Positions 38,001-50,915 of a stretch of DNA of 64,000 nucleotides are shown here, piece after piece; within the stretch, counting starts at the first letter, position 1; each line of letters starts with the position of its first letter. The stretch covers positions 38,874,001 to 38,938,000 of the forward strand of contig CAIIXF020000001.1 of assembly GCA_903813345.2 (NCBI GenBank), in the 5' to 3' direction. This DNA comes from Owenia fusiformis. Lineage: Eukaryota. The notes beneath the pieces are model-generated. The model searched no databases, was not told where the DNA came from, and saw only the letters and a program-made list of their open reading frames with translations. The translations under genes and the position numbers were made by a program.

Positions 38001-41000
38001 CATGTCTAGCATTTTCATTTAGAAGTACAACCAAATAAAAATTGATGCTACAAAACCTCCTCTTCAATTAAAATATAAATACTGATGCATCAAAATTATA
38101 AAAAAAGAATCACTGACTACCATTTCGCATTGCTAAAACTACCATTTCAAAAAGTCTAACTGAGCTCAGAAGACCCTCCGAGAGCAATTCCTTTTCTCAG
38201 CACAGCCATATAATGACCATTATCACACATTTTTGAAAAAACAATGATTCTTTACTGGTTACTGATGTCATGTTTGATTTAATTCCAATTGACGTCTATT
38301 AATTATGCTGTAGATTGACTTGATGACTAAACAGTCATGTAAGCAGTTCTTGACAATGAGAGAGCTGGAAATATTTCAAAGTTTTAATAAATTGGTTTAG
38401 CTTACCCCCTTCTTGTACTTCACTGTCTTGAGTATCCATACTATCAGTCACCTCACTCTCTGTGCCTTTATCTACATCCTCATCATGCTTAACGTCAACC
38501 TTCACTGCAGTTCTCTTAGCCCAGCCAGCCTTTTCAGTCATTTTAGCACCACCTTTAACCTTTGATTTCTTATCTGTCATTTTTGTTGGTTTCTCATTCT
38601 CAGAGTCAGTGTCTATGTGAATCTCCATTGCATTGTCACTGTCACTGGCATCATCACCCGTAAGGTTTATATCAAATATGTTTTTCTTGGATGGTTTCGT
38701 ATTGCTGGGTTTTAGTTTATTTTGTAATGTTTTTAATGGCAGTTCCTCTTCAGAAGTAGTAGTGTCTTTATTATTGCCTTCATCTTCTTTCACCTCCTGA
38801 AAAAATAAAATTTGTTAAACATATCTGATATACTTTAACTTATATTTCCATCCCCTTAATTTCAATTGCTAACTCATGGATGTTGATTTCCCGTATACAT
38901 GAAGTAGCCTGAGGTCTATTTCAACCATATATTCAAATACAAATATTGCAGATTTTAACAAAGATTAAACACATAATTTTTACATAATTTCTTATCAATT
39001 AGGTCACCTTACAGGCTACAGTAAAACTTGTGTAAATTTTTTGTTTAGCAAAAAAATTCTCATATTCCTCCCATTTTCATATAATTCTCCCATTTTAAAC
39101 AGTGAACAGTATATCTTGGCGAAATGCATATTAACCTGTATATAGTGAACATGTAATCCTAAAATTTATGAGAATCAAAACCTTCTGAAGAGTCAAACAC
39201 TTACTTGTCAAATTTTACAAATTGTTTAACTTTGCTATTTTTAGTTTAATATCATATTTGTACTGAAACAGGTGTTAAACATGCACAAGATTTCATTTAA
39301 GTTCCCCAAAACTTAATTGATGGGATAATAAGCTTTGTTTATATGTGACATCTGCCTCATCTCTGAGACTGTCTGTAAAAGTATTCTGCTTTTTTGTTTC
39401 TCAACTTGATCAAATAAATCAAAAATAGATCCCATCACATAAAATGACCAAGGCATTAACATGACAAAATGTCACCACTTAGTAAGTAATTGCAAATTGT
39501 TACAGGCGCCAAACTCTGAATACCGAACAGATGCCAACCACTGTCACAAGAGTTAAAACTTTTGAAATCCATAATAGGAATCTTATTCTGAAAATATTAC
39601 TCCTGTTTCCAAAAAGTACATACAGTAGTTTACCTTCAAAATAAGCAGTATTAAATTTAATGTTTCCACAGACAAAGAGCTTACTGTTTCATTCCCAAAA
39701 ATATCATTCGATGGGATAAATAAACGTAAACCAAAATCCTATGCAGGGGGTCATTAGACAAAACTTTGTAAAACCAACTAGATTATTATCTTACATGACA
39801 TTATTGTATTTATGGTTACAACAACAACCTATTGAAGAATTTTAATTGTGAGAAGTTTCAGTGAATGATCCGTATATAAGTACCTCTTGAATGACTAGGT
39901 CTTTCAATGGCATGTCATCATCACTTTCATTTCCACTGTTCTTATTGGACACAGGTACAGTCGTTACTTGTTTAGTCTTCCCTCGTTTTGGCGACATGTG
40001 TCCTGGCATCTTCTTTCCTCTGCTTACTCTATGTGGTTCCTTGGGAGCGACCTCAGCCTCCACTTCACCTCCATCCATTTTCTTACCACGTCCTTTCCCA
40101 GATTTCCTTTTGGGAGTTGCCTTTGCTGTAACTTCCTCAGAGTCACTAGTATCACCCATTTTCTTCCCCTTCCCTTTACCACTTGTTCTAGAGCCTCGTC
40201 GCTTTATGACATCAGCTTCAGGAGTTGGTTCATCACTATCCTCTCCACCACTCTCAGGCTTCTGTGATGATTTCGGAGACTTTCCCTTTCCAGAGACTCG
40301 TTTTCCCTTACCGGCTGAGATAGGACTACCTACAGGGGCACTTTCCTGAAGTGTTAACGAGTTTATTAGTTTAACGGTTCTGAATATGAAAATATGTTTA
40401 TGTTTACAGATAGAGCAAGTAAAAAAAACGGATATAGAATTTAAATATAATTGTCCATGTTCAATTTCAAAGAGACCTGAATATGAGGTCTTGTTAGGAG
40501 GTATATGCAGCAATAATACCACACACAGATTGCAGATTATAAGAAACCTGAAGTAGATATATCAATTTTGGGTTAAATCTTTTATCACCCTCTCCCCCTT
40601 CAATTTCTCAACCCTTTGAGAGGGATAATAGAAAGGGAGCATCACAAGGATTTGAAACTACCATTATGTGTTATTAAATAAGTCTTGCATCAAATCTCTG
40701 GTCATCCCCTTTCTAATTCTCCCCCTGTGTGTGTGAAGAGAATAGGAGGATGGGGGAAACATAAGGGCTTGATGCAGACTACAGGTGACTGAATTACCTC
40801 TTCATCTTCTCTCTTGTCATCACTGTTCTTCTGTCTTAGCTGGTCCAAAGCCTCCTGCTCCTTGCGTAGGTTCTCCTGTCTGATCTTCTCTGCCATCTCT
40901 CTATTCATGTTCTCCTGGACACGGGTAGATCTCCTGCAGAACATGAACGGGCACATGAATTCTTATAGATATTTCATAGATATGTTAATCCTACCTGAGG

Positions 41001-43549
41001 CCTAGAGACCCAAAATAGTAGTAGGACCCTTTTAATCCAATTTTGGAGCTGATAAGATCTTAAGGACACCGAAAGTAAGTCCAATGCACCTTCAAACACT
41101 TAGTTTCCATTTTGAACAACATGACTAAAGGGAACTGAGTGACAGAAGATGACTTTCTTGGGAATTTGACCATGCAATAAATCATTATAAATACCAGCTT
41201 ATTATTGAGAAATGAAATCCTGTGACTGCAATTCTGACCTAGCAGCCACCTTTGATATGTAATGAGCATGGCTGAAAATGACCTCAATCATACTCACACA
41301 GTCAAGAGATGCTCAGCTTTTTGTTTTTGTGGCAATTTAGTCTTTCAGTGATTCATGCACCTTTTAACCATTTTAGAATTATGAAATGTTTAGTTTACTA
41401 CCTTTATTGAGGATAATAGGCAAGGCTTGCATTAACGGCATCCCGTACATGTTAAGGACTCAAAAATAATTTGGAGGACGCAAAAATTGAAAATATTTCC
41501 GTTTTTTGGACGCGAAATCTTTTTAAGTCAATACTACAATGTGTTTACAACAATACCTAACAAAAACAAATAATTATGATCTCTCACCTTTATTTGAATC
41601 GTAAATAACATGTTGAATATTTACAAATAATCATGATTCTCTCGAATTTTTTCGACTTTGTTTATTTTTAGATTTGAAACCATGACACGCCACAGTTTTT
41701 CCTATTCAGAAACAAATATTAGGTTATTCATGAAATAAAATGTATTCATTGTCGAATGAACGAACATGCATTTATTCAGTCCGTACTTAACGTTTACTTC
41801 CGTTTTAAGTTCACGGCAAGAAATCCAAAACTGGTGTTTTGGTAAAAAATGCTTTAAAAATAAAGTTATACCTCAAAACAGGCTAGAAATAGGGGACATA
41901 CTTTTTTTCAAAGGACACACTTTTTTTAAAAATTGCGTCCTTGGGACTCACAAATTTTCTAACCTAATGCAAGCGCTGATAGGCTTATTACAATTGCAAA
42001 TATTCTACATCACATTCTATATTAGACTGAATGACACTTCACTTACCTAAGTGGAGATTTATGCAGTGAGCGTTTCTCTTGCTCCTCTTTGCTCTGTTTG
42101 TCATCATCTTCATCTATCTTCACATAATCTTCATTATCTTCTTTATTCACCTTTGTGCTGAATGAGCTTACAAAATCTGAGAGATCTGTATGAGCAAGGC
42201 CACCCTGTAAAATAAAACATGCATGTGAAAATCAAAGTCTTGTTTTTGAACCTCATGGTCAACCATTGTCTCTCTCTCTCTTTCCACTCCCCTTGCTCCC
42301 TCAAACCTTAACTTTCTTTGTTTCTAAAAATTTGATAGGATCCAAATTATTTCATAGCTTCTGTTAATTTATTACATTAATCATCTCAATATTACAAGAT
42401 GATGTTTATTTTGAATTGCACGCCAAGTGCTATATTACTGTTAATGACCATGTTGTTTACAAATGTTTTACTGAAATGTCACACTCACCCTTATCAATAC
42501 AATTATGCTTAAACCAGGGGACAGCCAATATGTTTGCAAAATGAACAAGCTTTCACTATTTCACTTACTGATTTATGAATCATTAATGTCACTGGGCTTA
42601 CCCTCAGAAATGAGTCATCCAGTTCAAACTCATTATTGCTGTTGCCAGGGGTCTCTAAGGGATTCTGTTCCACTAGTTCCTTATCCAGACTATCTTCATC
42701 AAGATCTCCAGTGTTGAAAATATCAGTGAGGCTCTCTTCAATTGATTTCTCCGTGTCTGTTTGTTTAGGACCATCTGCCACGCTAGTCTTTGGTGTTGCT
42801 GTTTCTTTCTGTGATGTACTTGGGGTTGAGGATGGAGATGATATCTCTGGGAGGGACTGTTGTATGATCTTTCTTGCTTCTGCACTGGACAGCACCTCAT
42901 CTAACTTACTGAGGTGCTCATCACTTAACTCACTGAATAAGTTGGCAGGCTGAAAAATATCATGACCATTTGCAAAAAAATTAATAAACATTCATGACAA
43001 TAAAAAATTTGTTAAACTTGAATCTGTTTTGAATGACTCTTTATCTAACACATTGTTCTAAATCCTATTACAGTTCACTAGATACATATCAATGTTTTTG
43101 GTGGTAAATACTTTCTATCCAATAAAGATCCCTCTCAAATCAAATCCTCATCTGGTTTGCATAGAAATGCAGAGACAAGACTTTGCAGACAAAAACTTAA
43201 GATGGCAAAATGGCCAATTTAACCTTCATTGTTCAGAAAGAATGTTAGAATATAAAATTTGACAATGTGTTCCAAACATTTCGATTGGTGCAAATGTATA
43301 TACCTCTTCCATTTCAGAAAAATGCCAGTTATTTTCCAATGCAGATGCTTTATTAATAGTTGGCCCTGGCTCTTCAGATGTGATCGGGGTCAAGCTACGT
43401 CCAACAGTAAGTCTGCTGGCTGTTGTGGGGCCAGGAATGACAGAGGATTCACCGAGGTTCGATAGAGATGAGGAACTACTGGAGCTCAGTGAAACAGTGG
43501 GAGGACTGCTACTGCTAGTGGTCTTGTTTCGTTTGCCTTTATCTGACAT
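20925..43549 (-). CDS. DIDO1: DIDO1/PHF3/PPS-family transcription and splicing regulator (PHD, BRK, TFIIS-M, SPOC, long disordered C-terminus), ~3360 aa
   Basis: 26 frame-consistent GT-AG exons: 43555-43304 (ATG at 43549), 42949-42602, 42204-42047, 40933-40798, 40345-39884, 38796-38406, 37976-37818, 37534-37363, 37238-37117, 36601-36513, 36383-36354, 34485-34300, 33999-33817, 33313-33127, 32850-32637, 31393-31234, 30928-30824, 30506-30432, 29750-29164, 28771-28612, 28407-28318, 28164-27969, 27586-27304, 27088-26991, 26662-26561, 26068-20925. Family motifs include SVYCSDECIAKHA and DTTQQHKAHLFDLNCKICTG. The symbol is the nearest family name; the gene is probably co-orthologous to DIDO1/PHF3/SPOCD1. 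Confidence 0.92.
26140..26377 (-). mobile_element. Helentron-like short element, ggtggtgacat family (other copies near 28979, 39449, 55011)
   Basis: ggcattaacatgcaatatgtcaccacc is the reverse complement of the family 3' end; 5' hairpin tcaccacttgtggcagtgacataaaa. Confidence 0.6.
27540..28705 (-). CDS. DIDO1: SPOC domain exons of the DIDO/PPS-like gene
   Basis: VWKGFIFMPDVAKFLTQAYKVSG..LPDTMLMCGRINPEQIWDYI..YSYLNSRNRCGVI..IKDIYIVPL..LPFDGPGLEDNRPHMLLAMVIR. Confidence 0.9.
30133..30317. mobile_element. MITE, CAGGCC family, 5-bp TSD
   Basis: GACCC|CAGGCCCGCAGCCA ... TGGCTACGGGCCTG|GACCC. Confidence 0.85.
30824..32690 (-). CDS. DIDO1: TFIIS central (TFIIS-M) domain exons
   Basis: VRLNVRRSLRDALIKR..AKKLALTIEEELFKHY..RYKEKSRRIVVNLKDSQNRVLYKEVLYGRITPYNLVRMSADDL. 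Confidence 0.85.
33127..33313 (-). CDS. DIDO1: BRK-domain exon
   Basis: ERIIVLERKTGKLLTGPNAPTSHNLQAWLTRHSTFEVL fits the BRK consensus. Drosophila PPS has the PHD-BRK-TFIIS-M-SPOC order. Confidence 0.8.
33552..33702. repeat. Intronic minisatellite, 22-bp unit
   Basis: taaactactgatcatgatgtga repeated ~6-7 times. Confidence 0.9.
34809..35902 (+). mobile_element. Internally deleted mariner element with ~200-bp TIRs
   Basis: TA|CGAGGGGTGATCAATAAGTAATGGACGC ... GCGTCCATTACTTATTGATCACCCCTCG|TA. The remnant LLHMDNAPAH...APYCPDLLTCDLF matches the mariner HDNAxxH and YSPDLAPxD motifs. Inserted in a degenerate agcagagacacatg minisatellite (~34625-36060). Confidence 0.92.
37117..37400 (-). CDS. DIDO1: PHD finger exons
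   Basis: LWCICHKTHDNR|FMICCDKCEDWFHGDCVGVTKQRGKEMEKANEEYVCPVC (C4HC3). Confidence 0.92.
41421..41978. mobile_element. MITE with 5-bp TSD
   Basis: ATAGG|CAAGGCTTGCATTA ... TAATGCAAGCGCTG|ATAGG. Confidence 0.8.
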
Positions 43550-43579
43550 ATCACTCTGGAAATACACAAAATAATGATT

Positions 43580-43880
43580 ATGTACGATACTAAATATGAC
43601 TACATTGAATTTTGAAGAAAAAGTACACCACGAGACGTGGTGAGATTTGGAGGTAATTTGATTCATTTCATTTGATTTTCCTGATGTTATTTCTGCTGAT
43701 ATGCTGGATTTCAAAGCAAGCTTAACTCTGAATCTACGATTCTAAATATGATTACATTTTGAAGAAAAAGAACATCACGAGAAGTGTTGAGATTTGGAGG
43801 TAATTTGGAGCTAAACGTTTTTTCATTTGATTTTCCTGATGTTGTTTCAGATATGCTGGATTTCAAACTAAGATTAACTC
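43580..43880. repeat. Imperfect tandem duplication, ~150-bp unit x2
   Basis: tacgat.ctaaatatga.tacatt...gagatttggaggtaattt...ttcatttgattttcctgatgtt...gatatgctggatttcaaa at ~43581 and ~43735. Confidence 0.8.
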
Positions 43881-43925
43881 TGAGTCTCCTCACTTGTTCT
43901 ATGTCCTTTTCCTGATCATATGTTA

Positions 43926-46701
43926 GAGGCATTTTCACGAATAAGTGACACTTTTCAGTATTTTTTTGTAACAGCATCCTTATTTATTCAATTTAAGGTA
44001 TAAAAGAAAAACAATGCTTTCTAAAAGTTGGTATCATAATGTTCTTATATGCACATCATGAAAAAATACAATATGTTGATGCTTATTTTAAAAATCAACA
44101 AGTAATGACCCAAAATATGCTGTTTTTTGGTGTAACAAGCATTTCACTTAAATTGTGACCATGTTTACATGATCACAGAAGAGCTAATAACAAAGATAGA
44201 TAGACAATTTTGATACCAAGTGGTAGCTAAATCATTTATCTTTATTATGTTTTTTAAATTGTTTCAAACACTGTCATATAGCCCAAGTTGTAACCGTTTT
44301 TATGACATGACTACTCTGTAACACTTTTCCATTTTTTGGAGAGGTATTCTATGTTTTTTAATACAGAAAATCTGCAGCTGAGTATTTTCCTTCATATATA
44401 ATGATTTTGAATAGCTAACATATTCATATATAACTTATAAAAAGCTTTTCACTTGGAATTAATTAATCAACAAATAGCAAATAAAGGTTCTGAATCATTT
44501 TTTAGGAGTCACAAACCATGAGGTGTCCGTAATGGCAAAGTTTCTACAATTTACACAGTACTTATATCTAAACTATTCTTATTTTCTAATGAAATGAACA
44601 CAACTTATCAATCAAATAATAATTTAACAATGATTGACTTTTTGCTTTATGATACAAAAGCAGATATGGTGTCTGGAATGTCGTGAGGTGTCCGTAATGC
44701 TACATAGTTTATCAGTTCAAATTGTAAAATCAGCTTACTTTATCCCCAAAATCACTATTAAATATTTCCAAAGTGTCTCTCTACACATGTTTATTAAATT
44801 TAAACTGGTATTGCCAATGAAAATATTTGAAATTTTTTTTACCATAAGCTACGGGGGTTCATTTTACAAACATCAGTTCTGATTAAAAATGAGGCAGAAA
44901 TTAATTAAAATTGATTTCAAATTCCAAGTCTTTACTAGGCACAATGAGTCAAAACTAGATTTAGTTTATTGAAATAAATGGAAACAAATAAAAAGAATAA
45001 ATAGTTTTTAAAAAACATTACGGACACCTCAAGCCTATTGATTTAATGTTTATAGCAAAAATAACTTATTTTCAAAGTAGTAATTTTACCCTTATATGTA
45101 AAAATGGAAAAAACAAAGTATGCAGAGAAGGAAAAAGATATTAGGTTAAAAATACAAACCAGCAAAAGAAAATAAGAGGAAACATGTACCAGAAAGAAAA
45201 AATTAAAAAAGTTGCACTTAAAAGTGAATGTATCTATTAGTGATATAGTCCAAAGCTTTTAACGCATTGTACTGTAATGAGTTTATACTGAAAACACATT
45301 CTGAAACGACTCATGAAGTATCAAAAAAGCATTGCATCAAAAACCATGATATTTGAATTCATATAAATACATTGTACTTTACTTGTAAAGTATAGTGCAG
45401 ATGATGAGTTTAATATTTTGTGACAACTAGACCAAAGAACAGCAAGTACCCAAAAACAGAGCAACAAGGGTGCTTCAAGTTCATTTTGGTTAAATATATG
45501 AAAAGCATAATTCATTTTCAATTTTATATATTCATTTTAAATTGTTTGTGTCATTTGATATACACCTTTAAGTTTGTAGTGTAGTCAATTGTTTACCTTT
45601 CCTTGTTCTTTCCCTAAGCTTATGTTCATTGATTTGAATTGCCTAACTTGGCGGACATGTGTCTTGAAGCAAGACTAACTTGTTGGACAAAACTAAAACA
45701 GTAATATGGTTCCAATAGAACGATATTACCACATAACATTCTCGTCAAAACATACCAAATTGCAAGGGTATAGTAATCAGTGGTAAACTGAGATATCCAT
45801 AATGTTTGAGATAAAATGACTATAAATAATCAAATAATTAAATAGGACCATATCCAAGTGATTTCACTTCTTAAATTGTTCAATCCAGGTACATATTGTT
45901 TTCCTCTAATTATCTTGCTCAATATTTAGTATATACTGTTAAATCATTCATTTCTTTGTAAAATTCAATGAATCTTTACAAATGTTTTGTATACCTGAGG
46001 CAAGTGGGCAAAATCGAGTCCATAAAGTATACATATTCAATTATTTTGATCAATAATTGTTACAAAAAGGTTTTTGTATATATATATCTTCAAACAAAAC
46101 TAGCTTTTGCGACCTAAAGCTGGAAAAAATTTGAAACAAGCAAATTTGAGGTGTCCGTAATGCTATCTCTTTAATTATTTAAACATTAATTGACAGATTT
46201 TGAAACAAATACAGATAATTCAGTAGATAGCAATTGAAAGACCATGGAATAATCCACAAAATTGGATACTTTTGTTGGGGCTGCAATGTGAATTTATCTA
46301 ATAATGTGACTTTATTTTGTAAAATCTAATTCATTAAGTGATGAGGTAGACATGTTCAAAACAAATATTACTTTTTCTTCATATTTTGCAGCCAGTTGTT
46401 GTACAAAATGTGTTATCAATGATATAAGACTTAAAAAAAATATGTCAGAAACAAATATATTCCTGTTTTGAATGTTGGTTTGTGAACATATTGAGAGTGA
46501 ATTGTCCGTAATGCCAATTTCTGTACCTATAAAGATGACAGTATTTTGTAAATTTGCAGATGCGGATACTTAGGAATTTTTACATCGTCAGGAGCCCGAC
46601 ATATGAAAGTGTAAAAATCTTCATAAACAATAAGGAAAACTTGAAAAAAAAATTTTGACATTTTGAAATGGAAAAGTGTCACTTATTCGTGAAAATGCCT
46701 C
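43926..46701. mobile_element. 2.8-kb non-coding DNA transposon with perfect 30-bp TIRs (GAG...CTC termini, possibly Sola)
   Basis: GAGGCATTTTCACGAATAAGTGACACTTTT at 43926 and its exact reverse complement ending at 46701. The TSD is unclear (tgtta / cgtca) and there is no transposase ORF. Confidence 0.8.
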
Positions 46702-48300
46702 CGTCAAATGAAATTGAGTAATAAAGTAATAATATCAGAGTTTATATAATTTATGAGTATAAACTAATGTGTGTTCTGCAAATAATGAACAATAAAATAA
46801 GTTAACAAGGCAGTGGATGAAAAGGTTAACAACATGCAATACCATATTTTTTAAAATAAAGTGTATAATAACAACAGTTTCAAAGCTTCTGTCATGGTTA
46901 AAATTCATGCATGAATCGTGAAATGGAGTGGATCACTAGATAATAGATATACATGTATTGGATGACTAAGCCCTCATTCAAGATTTGTTGTTTTTAAACA
47001 AATAGGCCAAGAGTTTGTTTTTTACCCGAACTCAAAAATAGTTTCCATTCAATATACATTCCCAGATAAGATCACTGAAAACAACAGTTCATGCAACACT
47101 AGGGACAGATTGTACATTAAATCTACAAGGTCAACATATATTATGACATTGGTTCATACTACATAAGGGCGGAGTGATGCAAAGTCAGCATACATAAGAA
47201 CTTTAGGTCATGCACGTTTAGGTTTTATTCCTACATTCTCACAAGAGGGAACTGGCATTGATGTACTTTATTACCGCCAAAATAAATAATGTTCAAAGAG
47301 GTACTATCTGTTTGCATGTACCCTGATCACATGGCCATGATCATACTGTACAATCAAAATACAAATTGTTGTGTATTATTAATATTCTTCTGCTCATTAA
47401 TAATAATTACTTTCAGCAAAAGTTTTTTACTGACGTGGATCATCCCCAGGCTTTTATCTAGCCCAATGTGGAAATTAAAAATTATAGATAAGAGTGCAAG
47501 ACAACAAAATGGTTAGGATTGAGATATCAATTGTTTGATTCTTCCATTGGTGTTAATCATGCGATACAGCATGTATAAATTTTCTATAATCTTGAAGATG
47601 GTAAATAAAATAAAATAACATACAGCACTGTGGTCGTTTGATTCCTCTTTTTTTAGGTTTTATTGATGAAAATAACATATTGAAATTGACTGTAGTCTTG
47701 TTATATTATAGTTTATAAGGCAAAGATATTATGCTACAGTCAAAAGGCATTAAAAAACTAATTTATCTGAAATATACAAAAGTTTTGCACCTAAAGTATG
47801 AATGTATCTTCCATACAATACTGCCCTGTGGTCATTTGATTGCTTCTATATTTATTAAATTTAATTGGAGACCAAAAAGATATATCAATCTGAAACATAG
47901 GCCTGGGAACATGTATAAAAATTGAGTCTGAGTCATCTAGAAATTTTTTTTCATAAATTTTTCATCGGGATTTGACTTTCAACTTTGAACTTTGAAATTG
48001 ATTTCCAGAGAAATAGAAGTTGATGTTGACTTCTCGATTAGTTGTTCTACCACAAAAAAACTGTTTCGAAATATGAGGGGACATGGCTGAAATTGTGAGA
48101 AAAAGCAAACTTTCTGGTTGTTTTAAAGTTATAGACTTAAATGGTTTATAGCTAAAAATAAATAATGTCAGTAGATGTGCTTGTCACAAATCGAGCTAAC
48201 TCGAGCTATCAAGCAAACAGGAAATGAAAAAAACATGTGGATTTTAGAATTTTTTGAACAAAGATAACGGAGTTCTGCTTTAACCTTCAATCAGTTTTAC

Positions 48301-48537
48301 TACTCCCATTAGTTATTTACATGGCCAGGATCACAATGGTCATGGTCATAATGACCCTTACCATGCTGAAATATATTTTTCAGCCCTCTGAAATTGTGAC
48401 TGAAAAAGTTAAAAGTTAGCATTTCCAAAAGGTCAATGAACAGAATCATTTGAATTTTGAAAGCTATTTCAGCATGGTAAGGGTCAATTCGACCATGACC
48501 ATTGTGATCCTGGCCATATAATGATATATGGGAGTAG
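48301..48537. repeat. Inverted repeat with ~75-bp arms (probable MITE)
   Basis: tactcccat..atggccaggatcacaatggtcatggtc..tgacccttaccatgctgaaata is mirrored by tatttcagcatggtaagggtca..gaccatgaccattgtgatcctggccat..atgggagta. Confidence 0.8.
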
Positions 48538-48659
48538 GATATAGTCCTGAGTAAGGACACTAGCGGTTACCGTTAGTGATTTGGTTTTCTGTATAAAAAG
48601 TCATTTTTCTCCTTCCCTACCCCATTGGAGCGCCATCTGGCGTTTGGGAAGTGAATCAG

Positions 48660-50915
48660 TTATAGTTATAGTTATAGTTATTCACTGCTAGGTCATTCTG
48701 ACCTGTAGCCGGTCTTAAGATTTAATTTTAAAAATAATGAGCATGGTTAAGCATAGACCCCATTAATTGACTGAATCTGGTGGCTACCTCAGAGCTCTGT
48801 AGTTATATCTTGTAGGGTGGTTCTTCCATAATTTGTCCAGTCTATTCTTGAAGAGATTGATGTCTTGGGCCTCTACAACTTCTTGGGGGAGGGAATTCCA
48901 ACTGCTCACTATTCTCTGGGTGAAGAATCCCTGTCTCAGTATTGTCCTGTTCTGTTTCTTTGAAACTCTCATATTATTGCCACGAGTTCTGCCAATGTTG
49001 TGGGAGAGGGGAAGGATATTGCTTATTGGTATGTCGTACTTTTCATTCAAAATTTTCCATGTTTCAATCATATCGCCTCTGAGACGTCTGAACACAAGTG
49101 TTGGTAACTTTAACTCTTTCAGTCTTTGGGGATAGTCCTTGTCTTTTAGGCTTGGTATACATCTTGTGGCTCTTCTTTGTACAGCTTCAACCGCTTCAAT
49201 GTCCTGGATTAAATATGGAGACCAAACTGTATTGGCATATTCAAGATGGGGTCGTACCATTGCCTTGTAAAGAAGCAACATATTGGAGGAATCTAGAAAT
49301 TGGAAGGTCCTTCTTATTAATCCCAGAATTTGGTTAGCTTTTTTAACTACCGTTTGTACATGTGTACTACTTTTCAAATTCTTGGTAACCATTACTCCCA
49401 GGTCCTTCTCACCTTCTGTTTCTTGAAGTGCTGTGTTGCCCATGCTATAGTTATATTCTGGGGGGGATTTTCCTATTCTTAATACCTTGCATTTTTCACT
49501 ATTGAACTGTAATTGCCATTCTTGGGTCCAGTTCATAAGGGATCTTATATCTTGTTGTAATTCGTTACAGTCATCTAGGTTATTTACTTCTCTATAGAGT
49601 TTCGTATCATCAGCAAACATAATCAGAGGGCTGTTTACTGCCTGTGGTACATCGTTTACAAATATCAGGAACATAACGGGTCCGAGGACAGTCCCCTGGG
49701 GTATGCCTGACGTTACATCGGTCCATGATGACGATTCACCGTTAATGGTTACTCTCTGCTTTCTGCGTTGGTATTGGTTGCTGTTGTTGCGGTTTCCTGC
49801 TGAATCACTGTTCTCTGGGCCGTCAAATTCGTTTCCGGATTCCGCACCGAGGAAAGCTTTCAGCCACTGGAGGGCTGTACCCACAATTCCTAAGTTCTGT
49901 ATTTTTCTAATTAATCGTTCATGCGGAACTTTGTCGAAGGCTTTTTTGAAGTCAAGATAGACTGCGTCAATGTTGCTTCCACTGTCTAGTACTTCAGTCC
50001 ACTTATCTAGTGTCACGAGTAGGTTTGTTACACAGGATCGACAAGGCAGGAATCCATGTTGACACTGCGACAGGATGTTGTTCTGTGAAAGATGAGATAG
50101 TATTCTTTCTCTTATTATAGATTCCAGGATCTTACACACTACAGATGTGAGGCTTACGGGCCTGTAGTTATTGGGTTGACATTTCTTGCCTTTCTTGTGG
50201 ATTGGTGAAATGTTGGCTTGTTTCCAATCTTGTGGTAATGTTGCGGTATCTATAGATTTTCTAAATATCAGGTAGAGGGGTCTGCATATTACTTCTTTCA
50301 ATTCCTTGAGTATACGGGGCTTGATATTGTCTGGTCCAGGTGATTTGCTTACTTTCAGTAATTCCAGTTTCTTCATTATATCCTCCTCCGTGAATGTCCA
50401 GTCCTGTATGTAGTTATTCAGTCTGATATAGTGCCCAGCTGGTATATTCTCTTTATTCTCGTTAGTGAAAACACTAGAGAAAAATTTGTTGAGCTCTTCT
50501 GCTTTATCAAGGTCATTCTCTGTCATAGATCCATCCTCTCTTAGAAGTTGGGGAATTCCGCTCCGTGTTTTCGTTTTACTATTACTGTAGCCCCAAAACT
50601 TTCTAGGCTGAGATTTCGCCAGCTTGGCTATATTACATACAAATTCTTTAACTGCTCTAGAGACTTCTTTTTTGGCTTGATTTCTCTCTTTTATATACTG
50701 TAAATATTCTTCACCTTTCTTTGTGGTTTGGTATCTTCTCCATGCACTGTGTTTTCTTTTTATCTGGGCCATGCATTTTTTATCCATCCATGCTTTCGCT
50801 TGTTTTTTGGCTTTTATTTGAGGGACATTCTTACTGTAGCTGTCTTCCATTTTGGTTCTAAATATATTCCAGCAGTCGGTGACTTCTTTATCCCTGAATT
50901 CCCTGTCCCAATCTA
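48660..50915 (-). mobile_element. 5'-truncated CR1-clade LINE (ORF2 RT)
   Basis: 688-aa ORF 48784-50850 with KSPGPD, NYRPVSLTS, YLDFKKAFDKVPH, GIPQGTVLGP, FADD and the CR1-type C-terminus RRLRGDMIETWKI..FFTQRIVSSWNSLP. 3' microsatellite tail (TAACTA)n; possible TSD aatcag at 48654-48659 and 50916-50921. Confidence 0.93.
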
